Part shown: positions 1 through 12,600 of the stretch, one piece after another
Layout of the letters: each line of letters starts with the position of its first letter
Numbering within the stretch: the stretch's first letter is position 1
IMG/VR virus record: IMGVR_UViG_3300001528_000259
Location: 74,725-138,724 of that record
Strand: one strand, 5' to 3'
Origin: a virus
Lineage: Duplodnaviria; Caudoviricetes
DNA: 64,000 bases
Position numbers and translations under genes: made by a program
The notes under the pieces: generated by a model
The model's input: only the letters and a program-made list of their open reading frames with translations
The model's database searches: none
What the model was told of the DNA's origin: nothing

Positions 1-686
1 TGTAAAAGAGATAATTCTTTTTTATTAGGATTATAAAACTGTACATTAGGAAACTTTTTCATGTAAAGTTTTTCATGTGACTGGGAATCGGGATTATTAT
101 TTGCTTTAATTAATTCTGCATATTCAGTCGCATCATTAATTTGTCTTTGCTCATATGTATATGAATCCGCATCAGAATACACTTGTTGATAATAACTTTC
201 ATAAGGGTCGAAATCCCCAGATGCAAGTTTGTAAAATGAATCTTTATCAGTATTATAATCAATACCATATTGAGATTCATTATATAGAACCTCTTTCGAA
301 TCTATTTCACCAGTATTGATATGCCAATTTGTTAAATACTTATTAGATACTGAATACTCTATAGAAAATGCAGACACAGACTTGATATCGCCATCACTCG
401 ATGTGTCATCTATATCTTGTAATGAAAAATACCCATAGCCTTCCAACAATATATTTCTTGGTGCTTCAACTTTATCGTATAAAGGATGTATTTTTGTTTC
501 ACCTGTTAGTGCATCAACATAGGTATGTTGTATTTCAAACGAAAATTCACTATATGAATTCCATTTCGCATTTAATCTTCTATTAGTAGCCTGTAATTCT
601 CCAATCACTTTTCGTCCTGTTGTGCACAAAAACACACGAGAAGGTATAGGGTTATCGAAATAATCACGAGAAATATTAAGTTTCAT
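1..686 (-). CDS. Tail-associated (Tal/tail endopeptidase-like) protein, 5' part; runs off the window
   Basis: Not in the ORF track because it is truncated. ATG at 686 after GGTGA reads MKLNISRDYFDNPIPSRVFLCTTGRKVIGEL...AKWNSYSEFSFEI; located immediately after Dit, the usual Tal position. Confidence 0.7.
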   Translation of the reverse strand, partial: MKLNISRDYFDNPIPSRVFLCTTGRKVIGELQATNRRLNAKWNSYSEFSFEIQHTYVDALTGETKIHPLYDKVEAPRNILLEGYGYFSLQDIDDTSSDGDIKSVSAFSIEYSVSNKYLTNWHINTGEIDSKEVLYNESQYGIDYNTDKDSFYKLASGDFDPYESYYQQVYSDADSYTYEQRQINDATEYAELIKANNNPDSQSHEKLYMKKFPNVQFYNPNKKELSLL

Positions 687-704
687 AATTACTTCACCAT
701 CCTA

Positions 705-2117
705 TTAATATTCGCCTATTTTGCGAGCTTCTCGCCATTCTAAAATTACCTCGCAATTACCTTCAATCGTAATTTCATTTTTTCCATCATACAATTCAAG
801 CCAATTCCACGAAAAATCATCTCCGAATATTCTTCTAACACTTGAGCTCGATATAATTTTATTTGCTCCATCTAAAATTACTTTTTCAGTCGGAGTATTA
901 TTCTTAACAACCATAGCTACTGTATTAGATGGATTATTAAATAAATCATAATGTTGATTTATAATCTTCACACTAGTCGTCTGTAAATTAGGATTTGTAC
1001 TTTGAGAATGAAAACTATATGGGTCTATCCAATAATACATACTATCACCGCTATAATAATAAAATGTATTATTTTCATAAGTATCTTGTTCTGTATATGC
1101 GCGACTTACTTCAACTGTACTCCATCCATCATAACTGGGCTTAGTAGATGCGGAGCGCCACACTGGTTCAGGGGTTTTCCAATAGTAAGTATTCTTTACA
1201 TCGTTGTAATACACAGTATTTTCTACATAGTCTGTCATATCTACAAGATTATTAAACGTAACATGAGGCAACAACGGAACAACTGTGTGTGGAACAGATG
1301 TTGAGGTTGGACTGTAACCATGATTAATAGTAATTCTCGGATATACAGGTTGGTTATCATCTGTATCTATATTAATTGTAATTTTATTATTATATATTCT
1401 TTTTGTTTTAGTACCATTATATGTTAAATTGAACACAGTATCATTTACTCTGTAAGAACCATCGTCATTAACAGCTGATATTACACCATAAAATGAAATT
1501 GGTGCGTCTATAATTGTATTAGTTATTTCGTTAGGCACAGAGTAAATTTCCGTCCCAACTTTTATCTCCTGTACGTCTGTAAATAAATATTGCGGGGCAA
1601 CAGTCCCACTAACTGTTGTTGACGTCCAGTAATACGCCGTGGTATTAATCTGAGTTGTAACATTTTGGGTACGAGTATACAGATCCGAGAGAGCAAAAGG
1701 CATACAGGATTCAAAAGTACATTGAAAACCAATTACGCGCCCGTTACTAATCTTATACGAGTCACAAGAAATAAATGCTCCTAAAATTGTATATGATGCC
1801 ACATTTGAATCGTCATGATAAATATTAATAAATGACGGTGTATCTTTAGATGTAATCCATTTAAGAATTTGCCTTTGGCGATCCATAGTAAATTCACCAA
1901 AATTTTTGTCTATAAATGTTATAACTGGAGCGAATGATTCTGTATATTTATAATTTGATACATGTTTAATTGTACCCCTATATGTTTCCGAAGCCACCGC
2001 CTCACGAGATAAAAAACTTGATGTTGCACCAGAATCTGAATCAAAAGCAACATCGCAGATAAGATCAAAATCCTCACTACTAAACGTATTATACGTTACA
2101 CGATAAGGTGATATCAT
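705..2117 (-). CDS. Distal tail protein (Dit) with internal insertion
   Basis: Directly downstream of the tape measure gene. Dit-like N-terminus (YNTFSSEDFDLICDVAF; FQCTFESCMPFA) and C-terminus (WLELYDGKNEITIEGNCEVILEWRE). Confidence 0.75.
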   Translation of the reverse strand: MISPYRVTYNTFSSEDFDLICDVAFDSDSGATSSFLSREAVASETYRGTIKHVSNYKYTESFAPVITFIDKNFGEFTMDRQRQILKWITSKDTPSFINIYHDDSNVASYTILGAFISCDSYKISNGRVIGFQCTFESCMPFALSDLYTRTQNVTTQINTTAYYWTSTTVSGTVAPQYLFTDVQEIKVGTEIYSVPNEITNTIIDAPISFYGVISAVNDDGSYRVNDTVFNLTYNGTKTKRIYNNKITINIDTDDNQPVYPRITINHGYSPTSTSVPHTVVPLLPHVTFNNLVDMTDYVENTVYYNDVKNTYYWKTPEPVWRSASTKPSYDGWSTVEVSRAYTEQDTYENNTFYYYSGDSMYYWIDPYSFHSQSTNPNLQTTSVKIINQHYDLFNNPSNTVAMVVKNNTPTEKVILDGANKIISSSSVRRIFGDDFSWNWLELYDGKNEITIEGNCEVILEWREARKIGEY

Positions 2118-2182
2118 TTTTTAGATCATCTCCTTTAACTACTTCAATATTATTTTCAATCATTTTATTCTCTTTTAGTTAT

Positions 2183-2215
2183 GACAAAGAAGGAGTGTAA
2201 GGCTCCTTCTTTGTC
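2183..2215 (-). terminator. Stem-loop after the tape measure gene
   Basis: Perfect 13-bp inverted repeat GACAAAGAAGGAG-N7-CTCCTTCTTTGTC; no strong U-tract. Confidence 0.55.
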
Positions 2216-2224
2216 TAGTTTCTT

Positions 2225-3607
2225 TTATCTGCTAAACTTTTTAATAGAGTAATTAAGCTGTTTAGCAAATGTATCAATTTTCTTATCCATCATCGCTTCA
2301 AGTTGAGGCAAAGTATCTTTATCAACACGATCAACTCTTAGGAAATTCTCTACATCAACCGTAAACTGAGGTTTACTAACAGCATTATTAATCATGTTAA
2401 TATTTGCTCCAAATTTATTCGTGTTCATCAAACCATCAACTCCAATTTGACCGAGTTCCATCAATTCCTCTGTAAGATCGGCAGGAACAACACCCGTGCC
2501 CTTACGCATGAAGGAAAGTGTTCCACCTTTGCCCGGAACGAGAACAAGTTCGTCTCCGAATTGAGGTTCGTCTGTAATCGCAAATTCGTCACGCTTTGTG
2601 CCAGTTGTACCTTTAGCATATTGTCTAATTGCCATTGGGCCACTAACATATTGTCCCCACATTACTCGCTTAAACCTACGTTCATCATCACGTGTGTTTG
2701 CCACTTGTTTATATTGTGGAGAATATTTAATTTGATAATCTTTAAGAAGTTGCTCAAACTTACTTAAACTAATTGGACCATATCCAAGAGCTAATACTTG
2801 ATCCGAAGTAAGCTTATATTTTTTGTTTATGTCATCACCAGTAGGTGGTACATAAACAGAAGTAGGAGGAGGAGATTGTGTACTGCCTCCGCCTGAACCA
2901 GATCCTGAGCCCGAGAGTTTAGCGCTTGCTGCTCTCGCTTCTGTGTCTTGTATTTGCTTATACAAATTGGACAGTGCAGTAGATGCAGTTTGCACATTGG
3001 AATTAATGTTAGAAACAACTCTATCCATTGCAGTAGCAACGCTGGATTTGAACGCATTAGCTGCATTCGTTCCTGCGCTCCAAGGAGACGTTAGGTTTGT
3101 TGTACCGTTTGCATTGAACTGAGCAAAGAAACCCCCTTCTCTCGTCCATTGGTTCATAAGATCGAGAGCATTGCCAGAATAATTACCAACTGCTTCTTTA
3201 GCTTTTATCCAAGGATTTGTAAGTTCAGCAGTTAATGGCAGATTTGTTTCTTCATACTTAGCAAGTATCGTATCGGCATTATACATAACCATTGAAGTGA
3301 CGCCCATAAGAAACTCATCCATTTTTGCAGTGGCTTCTTCGAGACTTATGCGAAGTCCTTCAATAAATTTGTTCATGCTTTCTTCATAAGCTTGTGCTTC
3401 AGAATCTAAAGCTTCGTTTTGGGCATTTTTTGCGTGGTCGTAGTAAGTATCGTTGAGTGACTCACGTGATTCATATAACTGAGCTTCAAGTTTACGACGT
3501 TCTGCAATATCTGCTTTATTTGTAGAACCAGACAAACTTGCGATACGACGCTCAATTTCAGCAATATCTTTTGCTTGTTTTTGTACATTCTTTTTAAAAT
3601 CATATAA
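2225..3607 (-). CDS. Tape measure protein exon 3
   Basis: Frame of ORF 2225-3535 stays open up to 3607 (LYDFKKNVQKQAKDIAEIERRIASLSGS), directly after the terminal G of intron 2. Confidence 0.88.
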   Translation of the reverse strand, partial: LYDFKKNVQKQAKDIAEIERRIASLSGSTNKADIAERRKLEAQLYESRESLNDTYYDHAKNAQNEALDSEAQAYEESMNKFIEGLRISLEEATAKMDEFLMGVTSMVMYNADTILAKYEETNLPLTAELTNPWIKAKEAVGNYSGNALDLMNQWTREGGFFAQFNANGTTNLTSPWSAGTNAANAFKSSVATAMDRVVSNINSNVQTASTALSNLYKQIQDTEARAASAKLSGSGSGSGGGSTQSPPPTSVYVPPTGDDINKKYKLTSDQVLALGYGPISLSKFEQLLKDYQIKYSPQYKQVANTRDDERRFKRVMWGQYVSGPMAIRQYAKGTTGTKRDEFAITDEPQFGDELVLVPGKGGTLSFMRKGTGVVPADLTEELMELGQIGVDGLMNTNKFGANINMINNAVSKPQFTVDVENFLRVDRVDKDTLPQLEAMMDKKIDTFAKQLNYSIKKFSR

Positions 3608-6600
3608 CCATTATGTTACTATATTCAATGAATAAAACTATGTAATTTTTCTCCTATATTTTCATTATACTTAATACGAAGTAATAAAATATTATTTTGT
3701 TGACAGTAATCTGTTTTAATTTGATCATGGAATTGTCTAATTTTTAATCCTTTTTCTCCGCCAAAATGGTCTATCGCCTTAAAATGTTGCTCTCCATCAT
3801 ACTCAATGCAAATATTCAATACTGGTAGATAAAAATCAAATGGAAGCATACGCTTATCCTTACAATCATTAAATGTATACTGCGGAATATAAGCAATATT
3901 GTTGATATTTAAATAATTGCCAATACTTTTTTCTCCGTGTGATTCATTGCATTTAGGACAGCCCTTTCCTGCTAATATATTTCCAGGTTTCACTTTCCAT
4001 TCATGTCCACATATTTTGCATTTATGTTTTATCTTAATTTCAGTACTAACATATTCTTCAAGCGCAATGATGTTAGGATTTATATTAAACAATTTGGTAA
4101 CGTACTCATTATGATTCGTACCATTTTTATTACTAATTTTTTCTTTAAGACACTCATAGCATCCACAACCTTTTAATATATTAGTAGGCAACGCATCCCA
4201 TATTACATTATGGATTAAACACCTGTGTAAAATTTTAGTTTTTACACCAACATATTCTCCCACGACTTCAATATTTGGATTTTTTAATTTTACCTCTTCA
4301 ATATATTTCTCTTGTGTTTTTGTATTTGATGTTTTAAATTTTTCAATTCTACACTTTTTACATCCATGACCGTCTAACACACGACTTGGCTTTGTTTCCC
4401 AAATCACATTGTGAATAAGACAACGATGCATAATATTTGTATTTGCATCAATATATTTTCCGATTACTTCCACATATGGATTCTTTACTTTAAGCTCATT
4501 TACATATTCTTCATGTGTCTTTTTCTTACTCATCATACCTCACCTCCAATCATTTTGTATTATTGAGTTTTATTCATTTAGGTTCGTTAGACCTTATAGA
4601 CTTGTTATAAACAAATTTTCTCTGGCTTTCACCAAAGTGCAGACCATCTCATTTACCATAATCATTTTGTGTAGTAATGATTTTAGGTACCCTCCATTTC
4701 GGGATACTTACCCCTAATCCTATTTCAAGGAATGGCCGTTGAACCTTATTTGTAATATTATATCATAATCATTTTGTCGTGCCAATTAACAAAATAAATA
4801 AAAAATATTACAAATCTTGGCTGCTGATTATCCAATTTTCACAATTTTTAAACATTCACGCTCATTATTGCTAATCACGTTGTAGTTTGTGAAACTCTAA
4901 GGAAGTCCCAGCAATTAAAAGGGATACACTATAAACTTTCGTATTATAGCGGACTAAGTAAGTTAAAACTTAATCTCTTTCGGCTGAAAGTGCCTCTTTT
5001 ACGCTATCTATATAATCATTATAGCCATCGACCAGCGTATCAATATATTTTTCTACTGCATCAATACTACTTTCGTACATGTCAACAATAGATTGCTCAG
5101 TATCGCTGATTGATTTTGCATAATCATACTGTTGATCTTGCAACTCAGAAACCTTATCATAATACTCTTGCTCTGAATGTATACCAAGGCTTTCATAATA
5201 AGATTTGGTGTTCTTCGAGTATGCCTTATTATATTTATTCAGTTCTTTTTCAGTATCTTCTAAACCTTGTTTGTATAGTTCGAGTTCTTGAATATATGCA
5301 CCTAAGGCTGCAACTCCAGACTCAGTCCAGTTACCCTCGTCATCAAACCAATCTTTTTCGCCGTTTGGTGCAATAAGATCACGAATAGTACTAAGTTTGT
5401 TTGTGAGATTATCAAGACGATTGTTAAACTCCTCGAACTTATAGGTGTTGATTTCGCCAATGGCATCTTGGAGATCAACAATTGATGCAGTTACATCATC
5501 CAATTCTCCTTCTATGTCGTTTAAAATATTCGCTGCTTCCCACCATTCGTCAGAGCCTTCTTTAACCGTTTTAAGATATGCTAGCGCGGCTGCCTTTTGT
5601 TGCTCAAGCAACGACTTACGTTGATTCTCCAATTTGATTTGTTCTTGGTAATACTTTGCATCGGCTTTTTGACCTTTTTTCTCAAGCAAGTCAATTTCGT
5701 TTTGAACCTGTTCGTATTTAGCTTGGTTAGCCGCAATACGATTTTTCCAGTAGTCCATTTCTTTTTTAAAGCGGTCATCTTCAACTTCTTCTTTATCAGT
5801 TTTACTACCCGGATCAAGAATATTATTGAATGCCGAAGATAGATTACTTTTAACGGAATCAATTAAACCAACGGTGTTTTGGAAATTTGTTAATACTTGT
5901 TGCCATTCTTCGTCACTAACAAATTCATTGTTCTGCGCTCCTTTTAGAGCCGAATTAAATGCAGCAACCGATCCTGCTGCAACAATGGCATCTTTCGCGA
6001 CTGTACTAAGAGTTCCAGAATACGTTCCAAGCTCAATCGATGCTTGATTTGCTGCAACAGCACTGTTACTAACTTCTATGGCTTTTTTACGTTCTGCTAA
6101 TACATTTAACTGTGTAATCGCTGTCTGAACAGCAGTTGCCTTGGCATCATCGAGTTTTGTGTTAAGCATCTTTTCAAGAGCACTTTGGTTGATGGTTAAT
6201 TGACCACCTTCCATTTGAAGAACAGAAAGATATTCTGGAGATAGATTCAACAGCACTTGCAGGTTATCTAGAGATAAATACCCCTGTTTATTGTATTCGG
6301 TAGTAATAGCCTTAAGGCTGGAATATGCGCTCTGAATTTTGTCAACACTAGCATCAAACTCTTGTAAGTTAAGTTTGAGTTTTACTTCTGGAGATTGAGA
6401 ATTAAGTTCATCTTCAATGCGTTTTAACTCACTCTCCGCATTAGTGATCTTTGTTTGTATTTCAATAGGGGTATCCGCTTTTAATTTTCCATTTTCATCG
6501 AAATACTGTTTATATTCTTCAACATAAGCATCATAAGCCGCTTTTGCTTGTCTATATGCCTCTGTCTCTATCTTATCATCGCCGTTTGAATAAAATTTTC

Positions 6601-9600
6601 CATCATATTCCCAATAGTCGATACCTTCTATATTATGATATTTACCTATATCAGAAACCTTCATTAGTTTTGACTTGTGTCGTTCCAGATCCTCTTTTAA
6701 AGCATTATATCCTTTTTGACCGTTTTTACCATTAAGAAACTCATTATATTTATTTTGTTCTTCTTCCGCTTCCGTTACGGCATCTTGCGCCTTCTTTTCT
6801 TCATATAACGCCTTAACAACTTCATCAATCGCATCTTTCTCTAAACCATATTTTTCGGCAATTTTATTAACTTGATCAACTGCATCGCCATGAGAACGAT
6901 ACATTCCGTTAAAATACGCATCGAGATTAACATTATCGAGAATTTCTTGTTCAAGATTTTTCTTTAATAATTCTTCAACATATTCTCGTGCGTTTTCTAC
7001 GCCAAGATTTTGCAATTGAATTATATACGTCCACTTATTTTCTGGCTTCAATTCATTATTAGCAAGTGCCCAATCAAGATAAGTCTTAACGAATTCTTCG
7101 GTGGCTTTTGTCATTTCCTCGACAGAAGATACACCAGAGAACACGGCGTTAGAATATTTAATCCATGCATTTGCTCCGTCTTCTGTTGCGTTGAAATTCT
7201 GAAAATGTTCATAAAGATCCGCAACCGTTTTAGACGTAACAGAGCCACGCTCGATAATTTCATCAAACGCTGTCTTTAATTTTTCAACGCCATCAGTGAT
7301 TTTATTGATATCCTTTGCAACATCAAGAAGCCCAACATCTTTAAATTCAGTTTCTGCTCTTGTAACATTTTTAAAATAGTCTTCTGCCTCATAAAGATAC
7401 AATCCCATTTCACGAAGGCGAGCAACTTCTTCATCAGATAAAATTCTATTAAGCGTAAAACCATCCAGAGATGCAAAGGCTTCAGCAATCTTAGTTTCGT
7501 CGCCAGTTTCTTTGGCTTTTTTGATCTCGTCTTTTATTGCTTCTATTTGAGACTTAGCCTTAGCAAACCCATCTGTCGCTTCATCGCCAAATATACGAGC
7601 AAAAGCATTCGATTTGGCGTTGGCTCCTCCAGATTGGATTGCCCATGTGTCCATCTTATCTGCCCATTCAATGTACTCCTTCTTTTGCTCTGTAGTCGCC
7701 GTGTCCCAATTTTGTTTAATTTGAGAATAATAAGAATCCATTTCTGACATATAACTTGCCATATTGGATTGATAACTATTTAGAGCTTTTTGTGCTTCCT
7801 CAAATTTTTTCTTATTTTTATCCGAAGCATCCTTCGTATATTTTTCACGTGCCGCATTAAACTCGTTTTGGAGCTTTGTATATTGCTCCTTCATATTGTC
7901 GAGGGATTCTCCTACTTTCTCCTCGGATGCAGACTGTATTCCACCAACCACAGCACCAACAATACCACCAACTATTGCTCCAATTGCTGCGCCAATCAAC
8001 ATACCAATCGGACCAGCGAACGAACCCGCTGTAGTCCCAGCGGCTAAAAATCCACCCGCAGCAGTAGCCCCAGTTGCAGCTAAAACAGAACTTCCGACAC
8101 CGGTTGCAACGCCAACGCCTGCTCCAATTGCCGCACCAGAACCAGCCTTTTCTCCAACATTCTCACCCGTTGTCTTACCCGTTTTAACGCCAGTTTTCGC
8201 ATACTTATTTGCAGTGTTAATTGCACTATCGTTAACTTCATACTGCTGTTGTTCTTTTATTGTATTTAAAAGATCGATTTGTCTTTGAAGCTCTGCACTT
8301 TGTGCTTGTAACCGAGTAAGCTCTTCTTGGTCTGTAAATGTCAGAGGAGTGTTTTTGTTAATATCATTAATTTGATTTTTAATATCATTGAGTTGCGACT
8401 CAAGTGTGCTCAATTCAGATTCTGTCTTAGACAACTCAGACTTTAGTTCATCAAATGACTCCTTTGCTTCTTCTACTGTTTCATATGCTTTATCAAAAAG
8501 ATCACCAATAATTTGTAATACCTTAGATATTGCATACATAACAAGCATCGATGCAACAGCAGACTGAATTTTTTGAGATAATTGCTCCGCACCATTCGCC
8601 AATGACTTAAATGCACCAGACCCAGTTTTTTTAAGATCTGCCTGTTTTTTATTTAATGTATCAACATTTACCTGTGCACGCTTAAGTCCATCTTGATATT
8701 TATACAGTTTCTTCGGATCTGTTCCTTGGTAATTATCAAGATTTGCCTGAGCGCGAGCAAGATTTTGCTGTGCTTGCGTGGAAGCTTCTTCTACGGCTCG
8801 TAATTCTTTTTTATAATCTTTTATTTTTTGAATTTCTGTGCCAAAATAACCCTTGGATGAGTCTGTTTGTTTAAATCCTTCTTTTTGTAATTTCTTATAT
8901 GTTTCAAGACTTTCTTCTGCCTCTTTTAATGCTTTCTTACTTGACTTACCACCGCCGTCGTCAATATATGCCTGTTTTGCATCACGAACGCTTTGTTCTA
9001 ACTCTTCTAGTTTAGATGTTGTAGATTGAATATCTTTATTAATGCTTTTACCAAAAATACGGTTTGCGCCCTTTAATGTTAAACCAGAGAATATTTTAGA
9101 AAAATTAAGACCACCAAACTTTGTTGAAACATATGTAAACAAACCAGCAAGTGCTAATTGTAATAGTCCTACATTCTCAACAATCTTAATAATTTCAGTC
9201 CCAAGACTTACAACCCATTTAACAACGCCACTATTGAGTGCATTATTCCACATAGTTCGAACGGAATTGTTAAATAAGTCAATACGCCCCTGAATTGAAT
9301 CGAGGTATTTCTCATTTTCCTTGAGTGCAGAACCTGAAGCGTTTGCTGATGCTTCAATTGCTTGTTCGGCAGTATCGAAATTAGAAATGATTGAAGCTAA
9401 AATATTAGCCTGACGTTTTCCACCCATGAGTTCCATAGCAGATGCCTTTTCGATATCTGTCATGTACTTAAATGCTTCTGACATTTCACGTAATATCTGT
9501 GTTGTATTTTTAAAGGTATTTGCATCTAACATGATGTCAACACGACCACCTGTTAGTGCTAATAATTTCGCTTGAAGTGCCGACGTGGTTGTAGCCATAT

Positions 9601-12600
9601 CGGACACATCCTCTCCCATCTCGGAGAGTTCGGTTTTAGAACCCCTTAACCTAAGAGTCAGTGTTTTCAGCGCAGTTCCTACGCTTTCTGGGTCTTGTCA
9701 ATCTATTACTTTCGGTTCCCACACCTACTGACCATATCTAATATGGCGATTAGTCATTTCTGGCTAATTCTCACGTTTCATGTTAATCGGTTTATAGCGT
9801 GAGTTCGGACTATATATTACATCCTCTTGTCTTTATATCAAAAAGAGTAGGATGGATAACTTCAGCACATATGTTACCATATGCGCCCCGTAGTCTCTGA
9901 GGATAAAAATAAAATTATTATGCACATACTTTAATAAATTGTTTTAATATTTGTTCTATATTGTTAAAATCATAATACCAAATTTCCAATAATGTCATAC
10001 AATGTTGGTTTGCATATTCACGTTTTCTTTTATCATGTTCTTGCTGTGTTTGGAATTGTTTGATTCCTCCGAAAACCTCGATTGGACGTTCATGCTGTTC
10101 TCCCTGATATTCGATCAACAAATTTAATTCTGGTAAATAAAAATCATACGATAATTTACCACCACCCATACCAAACAAATCATCAAACGTTTTATGCGAA
10201 ATAAAATTTTGGTTTAATTTCAATAAAAAATCCTTAATTGCAGATTCACCTTTTGGCACATCACAATAAGGACAACGCTGTGTGTACGCATTTGCTAACA
10301 TTTTATATTGAATACCTATTTCTGGATGATGTTTACATATGTACTGCATTGGCGTATGAGAATTAATATATGGTTGATCTAACAAAATCATATCGTTATG
10401 ATCAAAGATTGTCTTGGCTTCATCATATGATAATTTTCTAGAGTTTGTAGTTCTTTCGATTCCACAATACTTACAGCCATATCCATGCCGTAAATTTTCA
10501 TACCTAATAAATTGAGATCCTTTATCTGCATGTTTTAAACACAAATATTCAAGCTTAGTCTTTGCATTAATATATTCTGAGCTTAACAACAAATAACCTC
10601 GACTTTCAAACAAATCGCAAATATCACCCCATTTTGGTTTTTGAACATCTTTTGCACATTGAGAACAACAATACAACCCCCTTTTTAACCCAGTTTCAAC
10701 TTTGTCTACCTGAGATTTTGTTATCATAAATGGCTTTCCGCAATAATCACAATTGTACTCTATTTGTTTATTTTTATTTGCACGAAAGCATTTATCTGAA
10801 CAAAATTTGCTTCTATTTTCTTGTGATTTTGCTACATAATATTTCTTTCCACAATATTGGCAAACCTTCTCTGTTTGCATATTTTTCACCTCCTTTTTTG
10901 TAATTGTATTTGCACAATAATTTTATTAGTCTTTCCTAAGTCTTAAGTGAACCGCACTTTTTAACTTATATAGTTATCTACTAGTAACTATATTACTATA
11001 GCTACGTGGCACAAATTTACCACCTCGTTTGCAGCAGTTATAATACCAATTGATTCATCTAATGAGTTTCCGCCTTCTGCTAAAGCACTCGCAGAACGTT
11101 TTAACGCCTCACCAATTCCTTTAGAAGTGATACTAAACCTGTTACCCACTTCGTTGAACGAATCAACAATTCTCATAGATTCAGACGCTTGAAGTCCAAA
11201 TCCCTTCATGGTAGAAATTATACTTTCGGCAGCTTCGTCCGCGCTGGCAATACCATCTCCAACATTTTGATATACCAATGCGGCTTTTGCCATTTCAGAT
11301 GCCTGAGTAATATTGTATCCCAGTTTTGCGAATGTTGCCGTTGCCAGTGTTACATCAGAAATCGTAGATCCAATTTCTGATCCTGTTTTTGCCGCAGTTT
11401 GTAAAAACTTATCATAAGTTTCTTCTGTTTCGTCTGTAACTTTCTTTAACTCCGTTAGAGCAAGGTCAATTTCTTTTACATACTGAATACCCTTTTTAAG
11501 TTCATTAAAGAACTTAAAAATTATACTTGAACCACTGAAGTACGTGAAAATTTCTTTTGTCTTACGTGTAATCGACTCAATTATCGTTTCTGTTTTCTTG
11601 ATGCCAGTACGCAATATACTAAGTCTGCCTGTCAATGGATCTACAGTAGCACTCCATGTCGCAAAAGTATTCGCTGCTATTTTTGTCGTACCAGTTAATT
11701 CACCGGTATCCGCGTTCATCCCCTGAATAACTACGCGACCTTGCGCCTGCGCTTGAACTGCCGCAGTAATCTTATTCCAATACTCGTCGGTTCCGACTGC
11801 GCCAAAACCAGATCCATCACCAAGATCAGTTGCATTATCACCACTATACTTTTCGTGAATCTTTAGATATCCATCGACTTCTGATTTTAATTCTTTTACT
11901 TTTGATATCTGTTTGCTCAGATTATCTCTATCTTCTTCTGATGCTGCTGTTCCTTTTTTATTAATTTCGTCTCTTAAGTTACGTAAAACTTCAATTCGGT
12001 CAGACAAATCTCTTGCTTTCGCTTCGATATCTTTAGATATACCATCAGTACCAATCGCACGAAGTACAGTTTGATCTCCAGCATTAGCAGCAGAAGTTGC
12101 GGCATTAATACCAGTTGCTCTTTGAGCATCTTTAACACGTTGTTTCCAAACTGCTTCTTCGCTCTTATTATCAGCCTTATTTTGATCGTTGATTTTCCTT
12201 TGAGCTTTAGCCGCATCCAACAATCTTTTTTGTGCGTCAAACGATATACTATACTTTTCTCTTAATACAGCGTTTTCCTCGGTGGTAATTTTCAGCGAAG
12301 CTCGTTTTCTTCTAATCTCTTCTTTCAAGTTGTCGAGTCTCGCCTTAGTTTCAAGATTATTATCGCTGTCGAACTGTGCAGACAATCTACCAAGCGTCTC
12401 ATAGTCATTCATGATAGACTTCATCATATTAGAACGAACCGCTTGTGTCTTAGATTGTGAACCTTGCGCATCTGCGTTTGCTTGTTTTACAGCACCACGA
12501 GTGGCAATTATGCCGCCCTTTGCAATCTTATCATTTATAGATTCGAGAACGCTTTTGATTTCAGTTAGTCTGCCGTCCAGAGCAGTTCCCGCTATCGTAT

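Noticed and set aside
4970-11018. Programmed frameshift, stop-codon recoding or inteins as the cause of the split TMP
   Set aside because: The gaps are 1.3-kb inserts with in-frame stops and group I RNA cores; all three stop codons terminate normal genes elsewhere in the window.
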